Source of the DNA: Planctomycetota bacterium
GTDB taxonomy: Bacteria > Planctomycetota > Planctomycetia > Planctomycetales > Planctomycetaceae
Direction: 5' to 3'
NCBI GenBank assembly: GCA_027622115.1
Contig: JAQBZS010000001.1
Location: forward strand, 1-38,487
DNA: 38,487 nt
Shown: piece by piece, positions 34,137 to 38,487 of the stretch
How positions within the stretch are numbered: the stretch's first letter is position 1
Layout: each line of letters opens with the position of its first letter
Translations under genes and position numbers: made by a program
Notes under the pieces: model-generated
The model's input: the letters and a program-made list of their open reading frames with translations, nothing else
Databases searched by the model: none
Told to the model about the DNA's origin: nothing

Positions 34137-35429
34137 ATGCAACATTCCTACGCGTGCGGAACTAACGATCACGACGTGTCGCGCAGGCGAATGTTGGGCG
34201 CGCTTGCCGGAACGGCGGCGAGCTCGATGGGGTTCGGCTCGTTGTTACAGCCCGCTGTCGCCGCACAAATCCAGCGAAAACAGAAACAGGTGATCGTGAT
34301 TTGGCTCGACGGCGGCATGAGCCAACTTGAGAGCTGGGATCCGAAGCCGGAAACGGAATTCGGCGGCCCATTCCGCGCGATTCCCACAGCGGTGCCCGGC
34401 GTGCATCTCAGCGAACTCATGAGTCATACCGCCAAGGTAATGGACAGGATTTGCGTGGTCCGCAACATGTCGACCGTCGATGAGAATCATTCCACGGGGG
34501 TGCCTCGGGTTCTGCGCGGCGATCCGAAGAATCGCGGTGTCACGTATCCGTATCTCGGAGCGGCGGTCGCCAAGTTGCTGGAATCGGAACGAAACGCATT
34601 GCCGCCCTACATCTGGGTCAAGCCGGGGCGAGGCGGCTACATCTGGCAGCATGCCGGATTCCTCGGGCCGAAGTATGGGGCACTGGCGCTCGGCGACGGC
34701 AAGCCGCCGATTCACATTCACCGCCCGGATTCCATTACGGACAAGATCGACGCCGATCGCAACGCCCTGCGGCTGAAAGCCAACGAGCGATTTCGCCAAC
34801 GCCGTTTGGAAACGGAAATCGGAGCCTACGAATATTCCTTCCAAACCGCGTTGCAATTGATGAAGCGGAAGGACTTGTTCGACGACACCAAGGTGCCGGC
34901 GAAAGACGTGGAACGCTACGGTCGACATCCCTTGGGACGGCACCTGTTGCAAACGCGACGGTTGATCGAGGCGGGAGTGCAGTTCGTGCAATGTCATTCG
35001 TACCACTGGGACACGCACGGCGACAATTTCAACATGCATCGCGAACTGGTCCCGCAAATCGACCAGCCTTACGCCGCGCTCATCGAGGATCTCAGCGAAC
35101 GCGGAATGCTCGACAACGTGCTGGTGGTCTTGATGTCGGAATTCGGTCGCACGCCGAAGATCAACCAGCGGTTGGGGCGAGACCATTGGCCGGAAGCCTG
35201 GTCACTGGCATTGGCGGGCAGCGGCATCAAGCGCGGTCATGTCGAAGGCAAGACGACGCCAAACGGTGCGTGGGTGGATTCGCCCGAGCAGTATGATGCC
35301 GGTCATTTGTTCCACACGATCTTTCGCTGCATCGGCGTTGATCCGAGCAGGACGGAATACCTCAACAACGGTCAGCCGCTGCCGATCGCGCATGACGACA
35401 TGTCGGTGATCAAGGCCGTGATGGCGTGA
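34137..35429 (+). CDS. DUF1501 domain-containing protein (Tat signal)
   Basis: ORF 33546..35429, with the start moved to the ATG at 34137 (GAGGAG 6 nt upstream). Features: 'VSRRRMLGALAGTAASSMGFG', 'VIVIWLDGGMSQLESWDPKPE', 'HWDTHGDNF', 'EFGRTPKINQRLGRDHW'. Confidence 0.88.
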   Translation: MQHSYACGTNDHDVSRRRMLGALAGTAASSMGFGSLLQPAVAAQIQRKQKQVIVIWLDGGMSQLESWDPKPETEFGGPFRAIPTAVPGVHLSELMSHTAKVMDRICVVRNMSTVDENHSTGVPRVLRGDPKNRGVTYPYLGAAVAKLLESERNALPPYIWVKPGRGGYIWQHAGFLGPKYGALALGDGKPPIHIHRPDSITDKIDADRNALRLKANERFRQRRLETEIGAYEYSFQTALQLMKRKDLFDDTKVPAKDVERYGRHPLGRHLLQTRRLIEAGVQFVQCHSYHWDTHGDNFNMHRELVPQIDQPYAALIEDLSERGMLDNVLVVLMSEFGRTPKINQRLGRDHWPEAWSLALAGSGIKRGHVEGKTTPNGAWVDSPEQYDAGHLFHTIFRCIGVDPSRTEYLNNGQPLPIAHDDMSVIKAVMA

Positions 35430-35520
35430 TTTCACCGAGTTGACATTGTTTGTCAAAGACCTGACGATTCCAGGCTGAATATGAATCTTGAGCACCTTGA
35501 ATTGAACATATGAGGCCCAC

Positions 35521-36417
35521 GTGACACGTCGCCGGGGAAGGCTATTTAGCCCGATTGAATCGATCTTTCGACCAAGCAAGGCCCGCCAACAACGAGCGGG
35601 TGCTTCGAAGTCGAACCCCGTCAAGATCCCGATTTACGACGAAGAGGAACGCGACCTGTTGCGAACGGCGAGTCGGTTCAACTCGCAACTCATGGATTTC
35701 CTGAGGCCGCACATCCGTGCGGGCATCACGACGATTGCGATCGATCAGTTGGCCACGGATTACACACGCGATCATGGTCATACGCCGGCGTGTCTCGGGT
35801 ATCTCGGATATCCCAAAGCCATTTGCACCAGCATCAATGAAGTTGTCTGTCACGGCATTCCGGACGCCACGGTGCTCCGGCCGGGCGACATCGTCAACGT
35901 CGATTTGACCACCATCGTCAACGGCTGGCACGGGGATCAATCCGAGACGTTCATGATCGGAGAAGTGTCCGAGGATGCTCGCCAACTTGTGCAGGCGGCG
36001 TTCGAAGCGTTGTTCGTCGGCATTCGAGCCGCGAAGCCGCATGGTCCGGTTTCACTGATCGGCCAAGCGATCTACGACTTTGCCAAGGTCCGCGAGTTGG
36101 GCGTTGTGCGCGAATATCAGGGACATGGGATCGGCCGCGAGTTTCACCAAGATCCGGGCATCCCGCACTTCCCGGAAGCTCGTTCTCGAAAACACATTTT
36201 GCAGCCGGGCATGTGTTTCACGGTCGAACCGATGCTGAATCGAGGCTCCTGGCGGACGCAATTGAATAAGCAGGATGGCTGGACCGTTCGCACGCTCGAT
36301 CACAAGCTTTCCGCCCAATTCGAACACACGATCCTGATGACCGAATCCGGCCCGGAAATCATGACCTTGACCAAGACCGGCCCACAAGAAGGCGACGTGG
36401 TCAAGTCGTCATTTTGA
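35521..36417 (+). CDS. map: type I methionine aminopeptidase (with an N-terminal extension)
   Basis: 298-aa ORF with a GTG start. '[21 protein letters not shown]', '[23 protein letters not shown]', 'GHGIGREFH', 'MCFTVEPML' and '[10 protein letters not shown]' carry the Asp/Asp/His/Glu/Glu metal ligands of M24A. Confidence 0.93.
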   Translation: MTRRRGRLFSPIESIFRPSKARQQRAGASKSNPVKIPIYDEEERDLLRTASRFNSQLMDFLRPHIRAGITTIAIDQLATDYTRDHGHTPACLGYLGYPKAICTSINEVVCHGIPDATVLRPGDIVNVDLTTIVNGWHGDQSETFMIGEVSEDARQLVQAAFEALFVGIRAAKPHGPVSLIGQAIYDFAKVRELGVVREYQGHGIGREFHQDPGIPHFPEARSRKHILQPGMCFTVEPMLNRGSWRTQLNKQDGWTVRTLDHKLSAQFEHTILMTESGPEIMTLTKTGPQEGDVVKSSF

Positions 36418-36489
36418 TCCTGCGAGTTGGTAAAGTCTCTGCTGCCGAACGCTTGAACTCCGGTGATCGTCTTGAGTTCGGGTTTGTCA

Positions 36490-36590
36490 CGTTTGACCGC
36501 ACGCCGTAGACGCGCGTTTGCAGACAGGCTGAGTTGCCGGGTCGACCAACGTGTCCTCAAACGCGCGTGCCTACGGCGTGCGGTTAAACG
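36490..36590. repeat. long imperfect inverted repeat (~30-bp stem, 37-nt loop) in the map/NPCBM intergenic region
   Basis: 36490-36520 (c gtttg ACCGCACGCCGTAGACGCGCGTTTG) pairs with 36558-36590 (CAAACGCGCGTGCCTACGGCGTGCGGT taaac g). There is one 2-nt bulge (GC) and one G-T pair. Confidence 0.7.
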
Positions 36591-36665
36591 AGCCGCCGTC
36601 CCACTAGACACGACAACACTGCGTCGTGCAGCAATACAACGCCAAACAACCAACAACTTAAAGAA

Positions 36666-37961
36666 ATGCCGAACTACATAGCAAAATCACTGGCTAGTAT
36701 CGTCGCGTTGACGCACGTTTGCGTTGCCGACGAACCGGCGGTCCCGGATGCGAGGCTCCTCGATACATCCGGCTTCGTTCATGTTGGACGGCTGACGACG
36801 CTGTCGGGTCAGTCCGTCACGCTTCAGACGGCTGCCATGTCGCTGACCTTGCCCTTTGCAAAGATCCTCCGGATTGACCAATTCCCGGCGAGGCCCGTGC
36901 TGAATTCGCGATGGTTGGTTGTCTTGGCAAACGGCGACAATCTCTACATCGACGCTCGGCCGCAAGGAATTGCCATCGACGACACCGCGCTCTCCGGTCG
37001 GTTCCCAGTCGGCGAAGACTCGGCATCCGTCGCCGTTCCACTCGAAACCGTACGCGGCATTCTGATGCACGTTCCCGAGTCGGCGGCCCAGCGGTCTCAG
37101 TTCTTGAAGCAAATGGAATCCAGCCAAGAAGATGGCGATGTTTTCGTGTTGCGAGCCGGAGATCGAGTCATCGGCGAGGATCCGGAACTCGGGCCGGACG
37201 GATTCAAATTGAGCGTCGGTGCCGGCGTCACCAAGCTGAAACGGGAAGACGTGCAGTGGATTCGATTCAATCCGAAGCTCGTCAGCTTTCCGGACACCCA
37301 AGGTCCAATCACGCTCGTCGGACTCACCGACGGCTCGCGACTCACCGTGAGCGGGATCGAATGGCAACTGGCCGATGAAAACCAAGCCCCCGACGCCGGA
37401 TCGATCGCACGCGTCAAATTGAAGACGGCGTTCGGCCCGTCGATCACCGTGTCCGCAAAGCACATCGCCTCGATTCAGCCGCTCGGACACGGTCCCGTGT
37501 ATCTTTCGGACCTCAAACCCATCGAATACACATTCACGCCGTTCCTGTCTCGGAAGTGGACCTACCAACTCGACCGGTGCGTGACCGGCGGCCCGTTGCG
37601 AGTTCACGGGACCCGGTTCGACAAGGGCATCGGACTGCACAGCCAATGCCGGTTGACGTATGACCTGGGACAACGCTTCGCCGGATTCCGCAGCGTGGTG
37701 GATCTGGATGATTCGGCCAGCGAATTCGGCAGCGCGGTGTGTCGAGTCGAACTTGACGGTCGGTTGGCATGGAGCAGCGGCCCATTGACCGCTTTGGGTC
37801 CGTCCGTCACGGTGGGGCAGTCCGCGACGAGTGGACTACTGGATGTGTCCCACTGTCAGCGGCTCACAATCGTGGTGGAGTTTGGTGCTCGAGGCGACAT
37901 TCAAGATCACGTCGATTTGCTGGACGCGGTGTTGATCCCCAAGGCGACTGGTGGAAATTGA
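36666..37961 (+). CDS. secreted protein with a C-terminal NPCBM (NEW2) carbohydrate-binding-like domain
   Basis: 431-aa ORF with a signal-like N-terminus 'SLASIVALTHVCVA'. The C-terminus 'VYLSDLKPIEY...GTRFDKGIGLHSQCRLTYDL...FRSVVDLDDSASEFGSAVCRVELDGRLAW...DIQDHVDLLDAVLIP' fits the NPCBM pattern (YLSDL..., KGLG.H, GSV.F.V..DG, DH.DW..A.L). Confidence 0.7.
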   Translation: MPNYIAKSLASIVALTHVCVADEPAVPDARLLDTSGFVHVGRLTTLSGQSVTLQTAAMSLTLPFAKILRIDQFPARPVLNSRWLVVLANGDNLYIDARPQGIAIDDTALSGRFPVGEDSASVAVPLETVRGILMHVPESAAQRSQFLKQMESSQEDGDVFVLRAGDRVIGEDPELGPDGFKLSVGAGVTKLKREDVQWIRFNPKLVSFPDTQGPITLVGLTDGSRLTVSGIEWQLADENQAPDAGSIARVKLKTAFGPSITVSAKHIASIQPLGHGPVYLSDLKPIEYTFTPFLSRKWTYQLDRCVTGGPLRVHGTRFDKGIGLHSQCRLTYDLGQRFAGFRSVVDLDDSASEFGSAVCRVELDGRLAWSSGPLTALGPSVTVGQSATSGLLDVSHCQRLTIVVEFGARGDIQDHVDLLDAVLIPKATGGN

Positions 37962-38487
37962 TGACGACGGCGGAACTCAAGAATGTCCTGGTCGGCACGG
38001 CGGGCCATATCGATCACGGCAAGACGCGGCTCGTCGGGCGATTGACGGGCACCGACACGGACCGGCTGCCCGAAGAGAAAGCCCGTGGAATTTCGATCGA
38101 CCTCGGCTTCGCACATTGGCAAGCCGACGGCTTCATCTTCGGCATGGTGGACGTACCCGGGCACGAACGCTTCGTCAAGAATATGGTGGCCGGAGCAACC
38201 GGTGTGAACATCGCGCTGCTGGTGATTGCCGCCGACGACAGTGTCATGCCGCAAACTCGCGAACACCTGGAGATCATGGATCTGCTGGGCGTGAAGTCCG
38301 GCGTGATCGCCATCACGAAGACGGACATCGTTGAACCTGATTTTGTTGAATTGGTCGAGGCGGAGATCGAGGAACTCGTGGAGGGAACGTTTCTTGAGGG
38401 CTGCCCGATCGTGCCAGTGTCATCGGAAACGGGGGAGGGGATCGATCAACTCAAAGCCGCGCTGACCGAACTCGCGAAGACCGGCCA
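37961..38487 (+). CDS. selB: selenocysteine-specific translation elongation factor SelB (5' part; runs off the window)
   Basis: Not in the ORF track because there is no stop in the window. ATG at 37961 overlaps the upstream TGA (TGATG). My hand translation gives 'MTTAELKNVLVGTAGHIDHGKTRLVGRLTGTDTDRLPEEKARGISIDLGFAHW...VDVPGHERFVKNMVAGATGVNIALLVIAADDSVMPQTREHLEIMDLLGV..GVIAITKTD'. This matches the SelB G-domain signature ('DTDRL.EEK.RGISIDLGFA', 'PGHERF'). Confidence 0.88.
   Translation, partial: MTTAELKNVLVGTAGHIDHGKTRLVGRLTGTDTDRLPEEKARGISIDLGFAHWQADGFIFGMVDVPGHERFVKNMVAGATGVNIALLVIAADDSVMPQTREHLEIMDLLGVKSGVIAITKTDIVEPDFVELVEAEIEELVEGTFLEGCPIVPVSSETGEGIDQLKAALTELAKTG

Noticed and set aside
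35440-35456. TTGACA-ttgtt-TGTCAA palindrome upstream of map, considered as a -35 box or operator.
   Set aside because: No acceptable -10 element lies at 16-19 nt. A 6-bp palindrome is weak evidence, and planctomycete promoter consensus is uncertain.
1-38487. CRISPR arrays, rRNA genes and prophage-like gene blocks.
   Set aside because: I saw no regularly spaced direct repeats of 25-40 nt, no rRNA-like conserved stretches, and no phage structural or integrase genes. The only tandem repeats are the short ones listed above.

Overview
This is a GC-rich chromosomal segment, roughly 55-63% GC in lines I hand-counted. Its gene content looks like Planctomycetota (Pirellulales-like): three DUF1501 genes (one dead), a DUF1552 plus cytochrome-c-like PSD/PSCyt giant-protein pair, two Hanks-type Ser/Thr kinases with a shared N-terminal module, an STK-associated ECF-type sigma factor, and a giant FG-GAP/RTX/cadherin surface protein.

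Layout:
- 59-4137 (minus strand): LuxR-type regulator, DUF1501, and an FHA-GAF-class III nucleotide cyclase.
- 4525-10943 (plus strand): a heavy-metal-type RND efflux cluster. It consists of a Cys/His-rich membrane protein, a His-tagged membrane fusion protein, a CusA/CzcA-like pump, then a 400-nt structured spacer and a His-rich lipoprotein. No outer-membrane factor or regulator is present.
- 11170-15734 (minus strand): DUF1552 plus a DUF1592/DUF1588-type protein. This stretch is visibly more AT-rich.
- 15782-26885: a decayed accessory stretch. It holds a DUF1501 pseudogene with three in-frame stops, a frameshifted Hint-domain remnant, a 14-blade WD40 Ser/Thr kinase broken by a 1-nt deletion, a convergent ECF sigma factor, an FG-GAP adhesin broken by a 1-nt deletion, and a 1407-bp IS with 31-bp inverted repeats sitting in the adhesin's 3' end.
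- 27056-33727: the candidate I consider most interesting. It is a transmembrane non-RD kinase with an extracytoplasmic DUF4384 domain, followed 36 nt later by a lipoprotein TPR-CHAT (caspase-like) protease, with a convergent stand-alone FtsH-type M41 peptidase domain.
- 34137-38487: DUF1501, methionine aminopeptidase, a ~30-bp-stem intergenic hairpin, a secreted NPCBM-domain protein, and an overlapping 5'-partial selB.

I found no rRNA, tRNA or CRISPR array. All family calls come from motif recognition by eye. Start codons were chosen by hand, and coordinates include the stop codon, as in the ORF track.
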